From positions 1-54,206 of the IMG/VR virus record IMGVR_UViG_3300023174_000215: DNA of 54,206 nt, one strand, 5' to 3'. The notes under the pieces were generated by a model. The model was not told the DNA's origin. It saw only the letters and a list, made by a program, of their open reading frames with translations, and did no database searches. The stretch comes from a virus. Taxonomy: Duplodnaviria > Caudoviricetes. The position numbers and the translations under genes are program-made. Shown one piece after another: positions 35,846 to 45,515 of the stretch (position 1 is the stretch's first letter; the number at the start of each line of letters is the position of its first letter).

Positions 35846-36322
35846 TTACATACCGCCCATAAGAAACGTAGCGGTGAAATCTGTACCAGAACCTACCTGT
35901 CCCCCAGCAGCATAAAGGATTCCGTCAGGGCCAACTCTAGTTACTACAGTTCCAGAAGAGTCTTTCCACTGCATAAGGTCTGCACTCTGACTTGTAGCTG
36001 CTCTAATTGCTAACCCAACTACTGCAGCAGAGCTAATAATGATGTCGCTTCCGCCCACTTTTTTAACATATTGAGTATGGGTATCTGCAACAATACCCTT
36101 TTCAATGTTAGCAAGGCGTGCCTTAATAGTTACATAGTCAGTTGCTGTATTAGCCCAGTCTGTAGCAACAGCAGCAGTAGCAACTGTAGGTGCGGTACCT
36201 AGTACAGACTCAATAGCAACAACTTCTTCTTGCAAAGAGTTAGGGTGCGATGCTTGAATAATATCAACTACGTTTACCTTAGTGGTAAACGAGCGAACTG
36301 ACGTTGGGTATGAGGCTGCCAT
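35846..36322 (-). CDS. Virion/baseplate-associated protein
   Basis: Position; N-terminus ASYPT...HPNSLQEEVVAIES.LG; HTH motif. Confidence 0.6.
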   Translation of the reverse strand: MAASYPTSVRSFTTKVNVVDIIQASHPNSLQEEVVAIESVLGTAPTVATAAVATDWANTATDYVTIKARLANIEKGIVADTHTQYVKKVGGSDIIISSAAVVGLAIRAATSQSADLMQWKDSSGTVVTRVGPDGILYAAGGQVGSGTDFTATFLMGGM

Positions 36323-36330
36323 ATCTGTCC

Positions 36331-38022
36331 TTAGATTGTAATTCCGCCAACTGGATTAACCGTAATGGTTCCAGCTTTAGGGATTTCGTTGGTTGCACAT
36401 GCAATTGTATTAACGCCGATTACTTTTAATGCAGCGCCAGTTGTTGTAGAACTTCCTCCACAATTAGCGGAAAGGGTAATTGTTCCCGCCCCTGTATTTA
36501 TAGCCGAAATAGTTGTCCCAGTAGGGATTGTTACTGTTCCCCCAGTTACCGCAATTTTTTGTCCTACTTCAAGGTAGGTAAAATCAGATACGTTGCTAAT
36601 AGTGGCACTTGATGCCGCAATATTTCCAGTAAAAGTAGCGTCAGCACGAGATAGTAAAGTTACATCTGCGTAAGAAACACCTCCAACATTTAATATTGAC
36701 GATAATACATATTGAAGTACGTATTCTTCCGCAAAAATTACGTTTGAAAAGTCAAGTGATTCAATAAGAGCTGCATATACCGCATCAGAAACTGTTTGTT
36801 GACGATACTGGGGAAGAACATTCACAGTTAAAGTAATGTTAATTGGTACATACTTTGGAGGAAGTACGGTAATAGTGGTAGTGGCTGGTGCTTTATCTGT
36901 TAAAAACGTTAATAAAGTATCCGCCGTGTTATCAAAAATAGTGTTAGGGTCACCATTAATATCAACTCCTGGAGTTCCTAAACTGACGTCTCCGTAAGGT
37001 GCCATATAAATAGTTATATTGTTAAAAGAAGTTGCATCAGCAACAGCTTTTCCTACAGAACTTACTTGAATAGCTAACGCTGCGTAGTCTTGCAGAGAAA
37101 CGGCTCTATTTAATGCAGTTAAAGAATAAGGAGCATTAAAACGAATTGTGTCAGTTGACTCTGGGTCAGAGCCACCAGTTGCTGCTTCTTGGTTGTTAAC
37201 TGTTAAACCAGAAACTACATTTGTTAACAAATAAGTAAGGGTGCTAGGTCCAACGTTACCTGATGTTCCCCCACCAATACGGTAAGTTACATAGATAGAG
37301 CCTTGGGGTGGTATGCGACCACTGATATTATCGCCAAAGTTAATGTAAGAAACATTATTAGCATCAGTGTTCACTGTATAAATAGGGTCGTTATAGTTAG
37401 CGTCAATTAAGTAATCTACTTTAGTGTAGGCAACGTCATTTGCATACACTTCTGTACTTCCGCTAATTAAAGGTGTTCGGGCTAGACTAAATTTTTGGTA
37501 AGAAGTTCCATTTGAATCGCCAATGTATTCTTCAACAATAGTAAAACCTTGAGTTGCGGTTACGTTTGCAGAACCTCGAGTTGCTCCTACTGCAACAGGA
37601 ACTGTTATTTGAGCATTTGTTTCAAAAATAATTTGAGTTGTTACACCGTTAACTGTTGTTGTAGTTGCAACTTGAGTACCCGCTGGTACTGTAATGGTAG
37701 AGGCAGTTGAGTTTTGAAAAGTCAAAGTTACTGTTGCGGGAGTTCCAGTACTTGGGGTGTAGCCCAAAAGGCTGGCAATAGAAAGCACAGAAGCACGTTG
37801 AGTAGCGGTAGTTATAAAGCTCTCATTGGCAGAACGGTCAATGTAATAATTGAGCATATCTCCCATGTAAGCAAACAACTCAATAAGAGTGATTCCAAAA
37901 TCAGAGGCATCGGTGGTTGTCCACTCAGGCAAAAAGGTAGGGATAAGCGCAATCATGTCATCGCGGATAGCCGCGTAATCACGAGAGGTGTAATCTACTT
38001 GCGGGATGTAGTTAGATGCCAT
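36331..38022 (-). CDS. Baseplate J-like wedge protein
   Basis: DYTSRDY, FGD...GRIP, ATGGSDPES, RAVS..DY. Confidence 0.92.
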   Translation of the reverse strand: MASNYIPQVDYTSRDYAAIRDDMIALIPTFLPEWTTTDASDFGITLIELFAYMGDMLNYYIDRSANESFITTATQRASVLSIASLLGYTPSTGTPATVTLTFQNSTASTITVPAGTQVATTTTVNGVTTQIIFETNAQITVPVAVGATRGSANVTATQGFTIVEEYIGDSNGTSYQKFSLARTPLISGSTEVYANDVAYTKVDYLIDANYNDPIYTVNTDANNVSYINFGDNISGRIPPQGSIYVTYRIGGGTSGNVGPSTLTYLLTNVVSGLTVNNQEAATGGSDPESTDTIRFNAPYSLTALNRAVSLQDYAALAIQVSSVGKAVADATSFNNITIYMAPYGDVSLGTPGVDINGDPNTIFDNTADTLLTFLTDKAPATTTITVLPPKYVPINITLTVNVLPQYRQQTVSDAVYAALIESLDFSNVIFAEEYVLQYVLSSILNVGGVSYADVTLLSRADATFTGNIAASSATISNVSDFTYLEVGQKIAVTGGTVTIPTGTTISAINTGAGTITLSANCGGSSTTTGAALKVIGVNTIACATNEIPKAGTITVNPVGGITI

Positions 38023-38417
38023 TAGTACTCCTGAATAACATCGCCAGAACGGCTTAGAGTGGCTGTTCTGACTGTCACTTCGTCTTTATCGCCATTTGGC
38101 AATGCATAATAAATTGTAACGTCTAAGATGCCCAATTCATAGTCCATAACTGTCTCAACATTGCTTAAAACTAGTTTTGGCAAGAAAGAAGAGAACACAG
38201 AACGGACCGTTCCTCTTACAATATCCCCTGCGGTATTGGCATTTTCAAAAAATGAGTCCCGTACCGTACCCCCGTAATTTAAACGGAATACGCGTTCTCC
38301 TACGTGGGTCATTACCGCTGTAATAACGCGGCTTTGCCAAATTTTTCTTTGGTCGTTAGATGAGTAGATAGAACCCGATTCATCTATAGAAAAAGGTAGG
38401 ACAATTGCTCTTTCCAT
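38022..38417 (-). CDS. gp25/GpW-like baseplate protein
   Basis: T.VGERVFR.NYG motif. Confidence 0.88.
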   Translation of the reverse strand: MERAIVLPFSIDESGSIYSSNDQRKIWQSRVITAVMTHVGERVFRLNYGGTVRDSFFENANTAGDIVRGTVRSVFSSFLPKLVLSNVETVMDYELGILDVTIYYALPNGDKDEVTVRTATLSRSGDVIQEY

Positions 38418-38923
38418 TATGCTGCTCCTGTCTTCTTAGTGTAAATACCCATCCATATTGGAAAGTTAGGGTCTCCGCCTTCAAACATTACCCAAACTCC
38501 TTGATTAACTTCTGGAACTTCTCGGTGCGGGGTGTGCTCAGTCCCATTAGTTTCTAATGGGTCTGTACTGTTTTCATGGGCGTGTGTTAATGTGCCCGAA
38601 TTTCCTGAATGAGCTGCGTGAGTGGCTGTAGTACTAAATGTATGGGTGTGGGTTCCGCTTGGGTACGAAGGCCCTGTACCAGTTGTTCCACTAATAGTAT
38701 GAGTAGCGTGAGTGTTTAATAATGCTGCTACTTGTGAAGCTAAATGAGGTAAATGGTCGGGGTGTTGAGCGTTTCCTGTAATAGGTAAACAAGGGTATGC
38801 CCAGTTAGTTACATTAGTATGTAAGACTTGAGGGACCTTAAGGCGAACTCTATTTAAGTTTTCTGGGTCGTCATTATCTACACAAACACCACGGTAAATT
38901 CCAAAAAAAGTATTACCTAACAT
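38417..38923 (-). CDS. gp5/GpV-like spike OB-fold protein with His-rich insertion
   Basis: YRGVCVDNDDP...RVRLKVP...WAYPC and P...VWVMFEGGDPNFPIWMG. Confidence 0.88.
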   Translation of the reverse strand: MLGNTFFGIYRGVCVDNDDPENLNRVRLKVPQVLHTNVTNWAYPCLPITGNAQHPDHLPHLASQVAALLNTHATHTISGTTGTGPSYPSGTHTHTFSTTATHAAHSGNSGTLTHAHENSTDPLETNGTEHTPHREVPEVNQGVWVMFEGGDPNFPIWMGIYTKKTGAA

Positions 38924-40232
38924 TCTTTGCCCCCATTTTACTTAACACTGCTGGAGGCATTTTCTTTTCTGGAATTGCCGCTTGTTTTAAGTTTCCTAGG
39001 GTACCAGACCATTTATAAGAAGGAGCAGCCGTTGTTGTTGTTTTAGATTGGTTTTTTACTTGTGAAGCGTGAGAGGATGCCCCTTTTTTAACAGATTTAC
39101 CTATTTTAACTAAAGATGTTTTTGGGGCAATATTAATTTGCCGCACCCCTGGTTTAATAACTCGTTTAACGTTTTCATCGGGTGACGAAATAGTTTTATT
39201 ATCGGTCCATTGAGCAGACAAACCAAGAGAGTCTGTTCCTACATTTAGGGTTGTTGTATATGAATGTTCACTAATAGAATGTTCTACTGAAAGTACAGTC
39301 CAAAAACCAGAATATGTTTTTCCTACTCCGTCTAAAAATACAGGAGAATCAGGTAAAACACTTGGGTTTCCTTGAACAACTACTTCCCCACGGTATGCGT
39401 ATCTATTGCGCTCATCAGCGGCATCAGATTCATATTTAGCAATTTGAAAAGACGGAGCCACAACAGAGGTGCTATAGGTATCAAATACTGGTTTGTTTGC
39501 TTTTGCCCTTGTAGTTGGAACTTCAACTTGATTAGTATTAACATGGTCAACACCAGAAGACCTGTCAACGCCACTAACCGCTGTGGTTGATTTTTGAGCA
39601 TCCAAATACGGAATAGACTCTCCAATTAAAGGGTTAAAAGAAAAAATGTCTGTAGATTTGCTTTCTAACCCAGTTAATGCAAAATACTGGGCTTGCTCTC
39701 GTAAATCAGTAAAATCTTGGGTTAAAGGTTGAAAAATTAAAGTTGTGTTATCTGCTTTAAAAGAATATCCGCATTGTTTTGCTAACTTTACAAGAAGCTC
39801 CCAATCAGTCATGTCAGCTTGAGAAATTTGGTCAAATATACGAGGGTAAGGAGTAGCTATATATGACATTCCATTTTTGTTAGCAATATCTGCAACAACT
39901 GCGTCCGCAGTTGTGTCAACCCATACTTTTTGTGACTGTTGTTTTAGCATGTATGAAGCGCCAATAACAGTTATTTCTACATAACTTTTATTTGGGGCAA
40001 GGTCAGGTGTTATATGGTGAACATATCCATTGATAGTTTTAGAGTTTTTAGCGCCAGTAAGAGTGACAGTTACTGGTGTTCCAGCGGCTATTGAGTCGTA
40101 TTGGGTGTCCCAATCTAAAAAGTAAATAGTTGCTAGCTCGTGTTCGTAACGGGCATGGCTATGCGTAAATTCATATGCGCGAAAAGGAGACGCATCTAAA
40201 GTAGGAAAATTAACGTCTAAATAACTAAACAC
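38913..40232 (-). CDS. Baseplate hub protein (GpD/gp27-like)
   Basis: QI.Q..MTDWELL..LA, GNP.V, YSG.W.V.SVEH. Confidence 0.85.
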   Translation of the reverse strand: MFSYLDVNFPTLDASPFRAYEFTHSHARYEHELATIYFLDWDTQYDSIAAGTPVTVTLTGAKNSKTINGYVHHITPDLAPNKSYVEITVIGASYMLKQQSQKVWVDTTADAVVADIANKNGMSYIATPYPRIFDQISQADMTDWELLVKLAKQCGYSFKADNTTLIFQPLTQDFTDLREQAQYFALTGLESKSTDIFSFNPLIGESIPYLDAQKSTTAVSGVDRSSGVDHVNTNQVEVPTTRAKANKPVFDTYSTSVVAPSFQIAKYESDAADERNRYAYRGEVVVQGNPSVLPDSPVFLDGVGKTYSGFWTVLSVEHSISEHSYTTTLNVGTDSLGLSAQWTDNKTISSPDENVKRVIKPGVRQINIAPKTSLVKIGKSVKKGASSHASQVKNQSKTTTTAAPSYKWSGTLGNLKQAAIPEKKMPPAVLSKMGAKNVR

Positions 40233-40503
40233 GAGGAATCCTTATTACCGTTCCTGGAACTATATTAGAAAAGTCATCAATTTCTGGATTGTATTCAGGA
40301 ATTACCCACCAGTAATCTGGGCGTTTATAATAACGTTGAGATAGTTGGTCTAAGCGCTCACCCTGCGAGTAAATGTGCTCTTCCCATGTAACAGTGCCTG
40401 GTTCATCAAATTCATAAAACACAATTGGGTATCCGTCGCCCTCATATGCAAAAGCAAGATAATCAATAAGTTGATTGTAATATCGTGAATTTTGATAAAT
40501 CAT
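40225..40503 (-). CDS. LysM/tail-X-like baseplate protein
   Basis: GERLDQLSQRYY....WWVI...NP......PG.VIRIP. Confidence 0.85.
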   Translation of the reverse strand: MIYQNSRYYNQLIDYLAFAYEGDGYPIVFYEFDEPGTVTWEEHIYSQGERLDQLSQRYYKRPDYWWVIPEYNPEIDDFSNIVPGTVIRIPRV

Positions 40504-41741
40504 CTATTAGCTCCAGGTGCACTTGAACGAGGAACACTATTGCCAATTGATTTGTTAGTGCTGTAACTTGTAAGGGCACGCAAATCTATAGAGATGTTTA
40601 CATCTGTTCTAATTGGAACCATATCTTTAGTAAATGAAATGTGGTTTAAAGATAAACTTCCAATGACGCCCAAAAACTTTTGAGGCCCTAAATCAACTCT
40701 AACAATGGTAGGGCGCAAGTATCCAATATTAGAAGTCTCTACACCAAAGCTGCTAAATCCACCACCGTTAATTGTTCGATATAAAAACTCAAGGTCTGAC
40801 ATAGTTCCATAAGTAAGCAGGTTTCTAATTTTACTTTCAATATTTTGACTAAAATCAAAGTCGCTTAAACGAGGCTTACCTTTTTGATAAAACTTAATAA
40901 ACTCTGTAACATCCTTTTGAGCGCTTACACTATTAGGTGTGGTAATTGCTTTGTATTTTAAATCGGCAGCTTTAAAGCAAGCAAAGTCATTAGTTCTATC
41001 TAATCTAATTGTAAAATCAAGGTGAGAGTTAGCTGCAAAAAATCCTGTTAAGTTTGCTAAAGCGTCTGTATCACTTGGTGTTACGTTCATATTCACAGAG
41101 GTAGTTTGATTAAAACTATCTGGGTTCCACATAAATTGAAATCCGTAATAACTATCTGAAAGGTTATTTTGAACGTAATTACCGCCTGCGTCTTTTGTAA
41201 GGCTTGGGCCAGTAAATCCTTGTGAATAAAATATTCGACCACGGCGAGTGGAGTGCACATCATTAGCAAATGGTTTTACAACATCTGGTTGTAGTTGGTC
41301 TGGCCCAAAAGGAAGGCTCCATTCATGGGGAGGTAAGTTCCATTTATACGCAGCTGTGTATTCTTCAATAGCAGGCTGTGGGGCACTGACAGGGGCAGAC
41401 GTCAGTTTTGAAGAAGCGTTCATTGAAGGATGCCCCGTAGGTTTGGCAGCTACCACAGGGCGCAAAGGAACACCAGGATTTGATTGTGAGCTTAGGTATT
41501 TCATTGTTGCCGCATCTGCTTTAAGAAGAGCTTGATGTGTTGCAACTGCAGTAGTTCTAGCAGTATTTCCAAATTGTCCTAAAGCATACGGAACTGAGTT
41601 AACAATGCTAATACCAAAGTTTGCAACATGTCGCAATATGTTTGCTCCACGGGTACCATTGGTAGATAAGTGTGAAATTCCATCTACAAGTCCTTGATAT
41701 GTTCTATCAGAAGGCTTGCTAGTAGTTGGCTTTGTTGCCAT
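40500..41741 (-). CDS. Tail tube initiator-like protein
   Basis: FQFMWNP...F...MVPIR pattern; between tape measure and LysM genes. Confidence 0.65.
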   Translation of the reverse strand: MATKPTTSKPSDRTYQGLVDGISHLSTNGTRGANILRHVANFGISIVNSVPYALGQFGNTARTTAVATHQALLKADAATMKYLSSQSNPGVPLRPVVAAKPTGHPSMNASSKLTSAPVSAPQPAIEEYTAAYKWNLPPHEWSLPFGPDQLQPDVVKPFANDVHSTRRGRIFYSQGFTGPSLTKDAGGNYVQNNLSDSYYGFQFMWNPDSFNQTTSVNMNVTPSDTDALANLTGFFAANSHLDFTIRLDRTNDFACFKAADLKYKAITTPNSVSAQKDVTEFIKFYQKGKPRLSDFDFSQNIESKIRNLLTYGTMSDLEFLYRTINGGGFSSFGVETSNIGYLRPTIVRVDLGPQKFLGVIGSLSLNHISFTKDMVPIRTDVNISIDLRALTSYSTNKSIGNSVPRSSAPGANR

Positions 41742-43954
41742 TATTTACCTACAACTTTCGCATTGATACCTAGGGATTTAAGTTCATCTCTGACCGCTTT
41801 ACCAACTTCTTTTGCTGTAAGTTGTGAGCCCTTAGTGTCAACTTGAATCGTTACTCCGCCATAGTTAATAACGCTTGCAATTCCTGAAGAGGATGCTGCT
41901 GTCTCTAGTTTACCAGTGGCAGTGTTGATATACATATAATTTTGGCCCATGCCATTTGATGAGTTAGAGATTCCAGTAGAGTCTCCAAATCCAAGACCAG
42001 AACCAGATACGGAACCGCCGCTCATAGCAGACTCTGGTGAGTATCCAATAAGGTCACTATTAGCAAATCCAGTGGTTGTGCCGCTTGCAGTGTTGCCGCT
42101 TAAATTATTTATAAATCCTGAAACATCAAATCCTGATTTAGAACCAGCAGAGTCAAGAAGGTTTGTAAGAGCAGTAGTGCCTGTAGCTCCATCTAGTACA
42201 CGAGAACACGTATCAACGCCTTCTAAATTAACAGCTACTTTTTCAACTTCCCCACCTGTACGTGGAGCTTGAACCATCATTCCACCACCCGCATAAATCG
42301 CTACGTGGTGAGCAGGCTTGCCCCAAAATAATAAATCTCCAGGTTGTGCATCTCGTGGATTAATTTGTTTTCCGCACTGCTGTTGTTGGCTAGAAATTCG
42401 TGGAAGAGCAACACCTAATTTAGACATTACAAAACGGACAAGGGAAGAACAATCAAATCCTACGGTTCTGGCGCCACGTCCAATACCTGTTGTAGGACCT
42501 TGGTTACTTCCTCCGCCCCAAGAATAGGGAACGCCTTGTTGAGTTAAAGCTACGGAAACCGCAAGACTTCCTGGAGCAAGGCCTGTTTGCATTGCAGTAT
42601 CAGGACGTAAAGAGTTTGTGTTGGAGTCATTAGATGCTTCACCAGGGCCAGTAGGCCCACTGCTATTAGAAATTTTACTTATAAGTCCAGGCAGTAAAAG
42701 ACCAGCAGTAGTTGCAGCAATTAAACCAGGAACACCGCCAAATTTTCCAACATTAGCTCCAGCAAGTGCGGAGCTAGCTCTTCCAGCAATACCTTTAACT
42801 AATGCGCTTCCGCCTAAAAATGCAAGAATAGAAGCACCAATACCTAGTGCGCCTTGTCCGCCTTTATTGTTAATTAAAGTTTCACCCTTAGCAAGTTGTT
42901 TTAATGCGTATGCAGCTTGTGCTGAGCTATCTACAATTCCAGCTAATTTGTCATTTATTTTAACAAGTGTGTTGGCAGCTTCAGTAAATCCTTCAGCCAT
43001 TGGCTTAGCAGCAGCGGAAGTCAAACCAAATTCAGAAGCGTTCATTGCGCTATTTGCGTTAAGAGCTCCAGTTAACTGGCCTGTTTTAGTTAAACTTGCT
43101 TTACTTAAGTCTCCTCCTTGAGCATATTGAAGCGCTGCTGATTGAAGAGAATTTCTTAAAGTTGAATCCCCTCCCGATACCGCATCCAGCATATTGGAAA
43201 GACCATTACCAGATTGCATACTTATAGCAATATCGGTAGGTGTTAGTTTTTTACCCGCTTGAGTTTGGGCAAATTTATAAATATCTTTAAAAATTTCTGT
43301 AGGGTTACGCATAGCGCCATTAGCATCACGTGCGTTTACGCCTATCATACGAAGGGTATTAACAGAAGAGCCTTTATTAAGCGCGGAGGCTGCTTGCATT
43401 GCACTAGTCATACTTCCAGTTAAATTAGACAACTGGGAAACTCCAGGCATAATTTGTGAACTGTAGTTTGGAAGTCCTGGAAGGATTCCGTTTGCAGTTC
43501 CCGTAGCAACTGCTTGTAGGGCATCAAAAGGACTGTTAGTGGTTCCAGCCATCATTGCGCTACGAAGTTGGGAAGTTACATTCCCTTGCATTCCAGAAAA
43601 ACGGGCTTGAGAAGTTAATAATTGATTACTTACTGCATCTTGAACTGAAGGCATCATTGTTGCCGCAGAAGATGCAACACCTAAAGCAAGGTTTCCAACC
43701 CGAGAAATTAAATTAGAGCTGCCGTTAGAAAGGCCTGCAACTCCTGTAGCTGAGCTAGTAAAGCTTGGAGTAGTAGTAAGGGAGTTTCCTGAGCCACCGC
43801 CAGCATTACCAAAAAGAGAACCATAAGCTTTGGAGGTTTTTTCGGCTTCACCACGTACATTTTTTGCAAAACCAAATAGCTTTTCCATAAGACTAATGTC
43901 TTTTTGGAGGTTGCCTGATAGCGATGCGTTACCTGGTGTTGACGGAGTATCCAC
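41741..43954 (-). CDS. Tape measure protein with NlpC/P60 peptidoglycan endopeptidase domain
   Basis: Ala/Gly/Ser-rich helical region; GVPYSWGGG...GFDCS...PGDLLF...HVAIY. Confidence 0.88.
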   Translation of the reverse strand: MDTPSTPGNASLSGNLQKDISLMEKLFGFAKNVRGEAEKTSKAYGSLFGNAGGGSGNSLTTTPSFTSSATGVAGLSNGSSNLISRVGNLALGVASSAATMMPSVQDAVSNQLLTSQARFSGMQGNVTSQLRSAMMAGTTNSPFDALQAVATGTANGILPGLPNYSSQIMPGVSQLSNLTGSMTSAMQAASALNKGSSVNTLRMIGVNARDANGAMRNPTEIFKDIYKFAQTQAGKKLTPTDIAISMQSGNGLSNMLDAVSGGDSTLRNSLQSAALQYAQGGDLSKASLTKTGQLTGALNANSAMNASEFGLTSAAAKPMAEGFTEAANTLVKINDKLAGIVDSSAQAAYALKQLAKGETLINNKGGQGALGIGASILAFLGGSALVKGIAGRASSALAGANVGKFGGVPGLIAATTAGLLLPGLISKISNSSGPTGPGEASNDSNTNSLRPDTAMQTGLAPGSLAVSVALTQQGVPYSWGGGSNQGPTTGIGRGARTVGFDCSSLVRFVMSKLGVALPRISSQQQQCGKQINPRDAQPGDLLFWGKPAHHVAIYAGGGMMVQAPRTGGEVEKVAVNLEGVDTCSRVLDGATGTTALTNLLDSAGSKSGFDVSGFINNLSGNTASGTTTGFANSDLIGYSPESAMSGGSVSGSGLGFGDSTGISNSSNGMGQNYMYINTATGKLETAASSSGIASVINYGGVTIQVDTKGSQLTAKEVGKAVRDELKSLGINAKVVGK

Positions 43955-43957
43955 TTA

Positions 43958-44110
43958 TTATCCTCTCTGGTATCTCAAAGCTCTTTCAAGCCAGTTTTTT
44001 CGTTCTCTAAAAGACAGAGAGCGGATATCGCCCAGCGTCCATCCAGAAAATGCCCGAGTTAGTGCTTCGTATTGGTCCAATAAGTTTTCGTATTCTTTCT
44101 CGCTATAGGC
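43958..44110 (-). CDS. Tail assembly chaperone C-terminal extension, probably reached by frameshift (not in ORF track)
   Basis: 50 open codons AYSEKEYENLLDQYEAL...GWTLGDIRSLSFRERKNWL; no ATG; +1 frame relative to upstream gene. Confidence 0.7.
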   Translation of the reverse strand, partial: AYSEKEYENLLDQYEALTRAFSGWTLGDIRSLSFRERKNWLERALRYQRG

Positions 44111-44897
44111 GAAACAAAGCAGTAAGACTCAATGGTGTATCCATAGGATTACCACATGCCTCACAATTCTTTGTCACCTCCCCAAGGCGTGGGCCTGGAT
44201 TGCGGATAATAATCTCTTCTACGAGACGTTCACGCTCTGCCATGCCTAGCTTGAGAACTGATTGTGCGCCAGAAGATGTTTTACCATCTATAGCTAATAC
44301 ACACCCAGATAACAAGATTGTATTTAATTCAGCGTTAGTCTTATCGGAATTCTCCATAAGTCTGCGCTGTACTTCTCCATCGGGAAGGGTAAGAATTACT
44401 TCGCCCGATTTTACTTTGACTGTCCACCGTCTATCTTTAAGCGGGTCTTCCAACTCTTTAATTGGAATATCTGCGTCAAGGTCAATGTCGACAATCTGGT
44501 CTGCTCCACAGTCTTGGCATACCGCTCTGTATTCAACTGAACTTCCAAAAGTTACTTTTCTAATCCCCAAGAGAATTGCATCTCTATCTGAGGCTAGTAA
44601 CTCATCAAGTCCATCTTTGTCTACAGTTTCTCCGCCAATACTGACTAGACCTTTTTGAAGAATTGTTTGGAGGGCTTTACCTAAAAAACCAGCCTTTGCA
44701 ATTGCTTCTTCATCTGCTCCGTTTAGTTCTCGCACCTCTGCGTACTTAGCAAGGATGCCCTCCTTGGAGACAAAGCCTCCAGGGAGAGACACCTCAGTAC
44801 TAGATGGTGCTGCAGTTTCTACAACTACGGGCTCTTCTGCAAGAACCGCAGAGATTGCTGCGTTTACTACTTTTGGGTCACTACTTAATCCAGCCAC
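44103..44897 (-). CDS. Tail assembly chaperone / T4 gp26-like protein
   Basis: RELNGADEE, DRDAILL.IR..TFG, two CxxC; between tube and tape measure. Confidence 0.8.
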   Translation of the reverse strand: MAGLSSDPKVVNAAISAVLAEEPVVVETAAPSSTEVSLPGGFVSKEGILAKYAEVRELNGADEEAIAKAGFLGKALQTILQKGLVSIGGETVDKDGLDELLASDRDAILLGIRKVTFGSSVEYRAVCQDCGADQIVDIDLDADIPIKELEDPLKDRRWTVKVKSGEVILTLPDGEVQRRLMENSDKTNAELNTILLSGCVLAIDGKTSSGAQSVLKLGMAERERLVEEIIIRNPGPRLGEVTKNCEACGNPMDTPLSLTALFRL

Positions 44898-44924
44898 GAT
44901 TTATGCTCCTTTGTATTAAAACGA

Positions 44925-45503
44925 TTATTTTACAACAGTTGTTGCATCTCCAACAAAACCAGCTGATAGGCCTTCGTGAACGAGAGTCATCTGCTCAAAC
45001 AGGATGTTCTGGTCGCCAGCATTCAAATCTGAATACTGAAGAGTTGTAATCCATGCGTTGTGAATCTTGAAGTGCATCTTTGCGTATAGAGCTAGGTCAT
45101 CCTTATCTTGGATGTTAGCTGGGTGGTCTAGAACATAAATGTCTACATCACAACGGAAGTCATTAGTGCCAAGTGCAATTCCTTCACCAGATGCTGCTGC
45201 AAAAAGACGGCGCATCCACTTAAGGCCTTTACCGTTTCCAGTAAGGGTTCCGCGTTGGAATGTGACAGGTGAGAAGGTAGTCATTCCAGGAATCTGATGA
45301 ATCGTGGTGTTGTATCCGCCTTCACGGTATGGAATAGACTGAGTATTGATAGCAAGACCAGTAACGCTGGTAAAGCCACCTTCTACTCGAGTGAGGTCAG
45401 CAATATCTGCTCCGCCTCCTGCTGTACTGAATTCTACGTAATATTTAAAGTTACGTAACGGGTCTGTCGCAATGGTTGAGAAGCGACTGATATTTGTTGC
45501 CAT
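44925..45503 (-). CDS. Tail tube protein (T4 gp19-like)
   Basis: DPLRNFK, GF..VTGL, YREGG, PG......VTFQRG, E...LVHEG. Confidence 0.93.
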   Translation of the reverse strand: MATNISRFSTIATDPLRNFKYYVEFSTAGGGADIADLTRVEGGFTSVTGLAINTQSIPYREGGYNTTIHQIPGMTTFSPVTFQRGTLTGNGKGLKWMRRLFAAASGEGIALGTNDFRCDVDIYVLDHPANIQDKDDLALYAKMHFKIHNAWITTLQYSDLNAGDQNILFEQMTLVHEGLSAGFVGDATTVVK

Positions 45504-45515
45504 ATTTGGGGCTCC

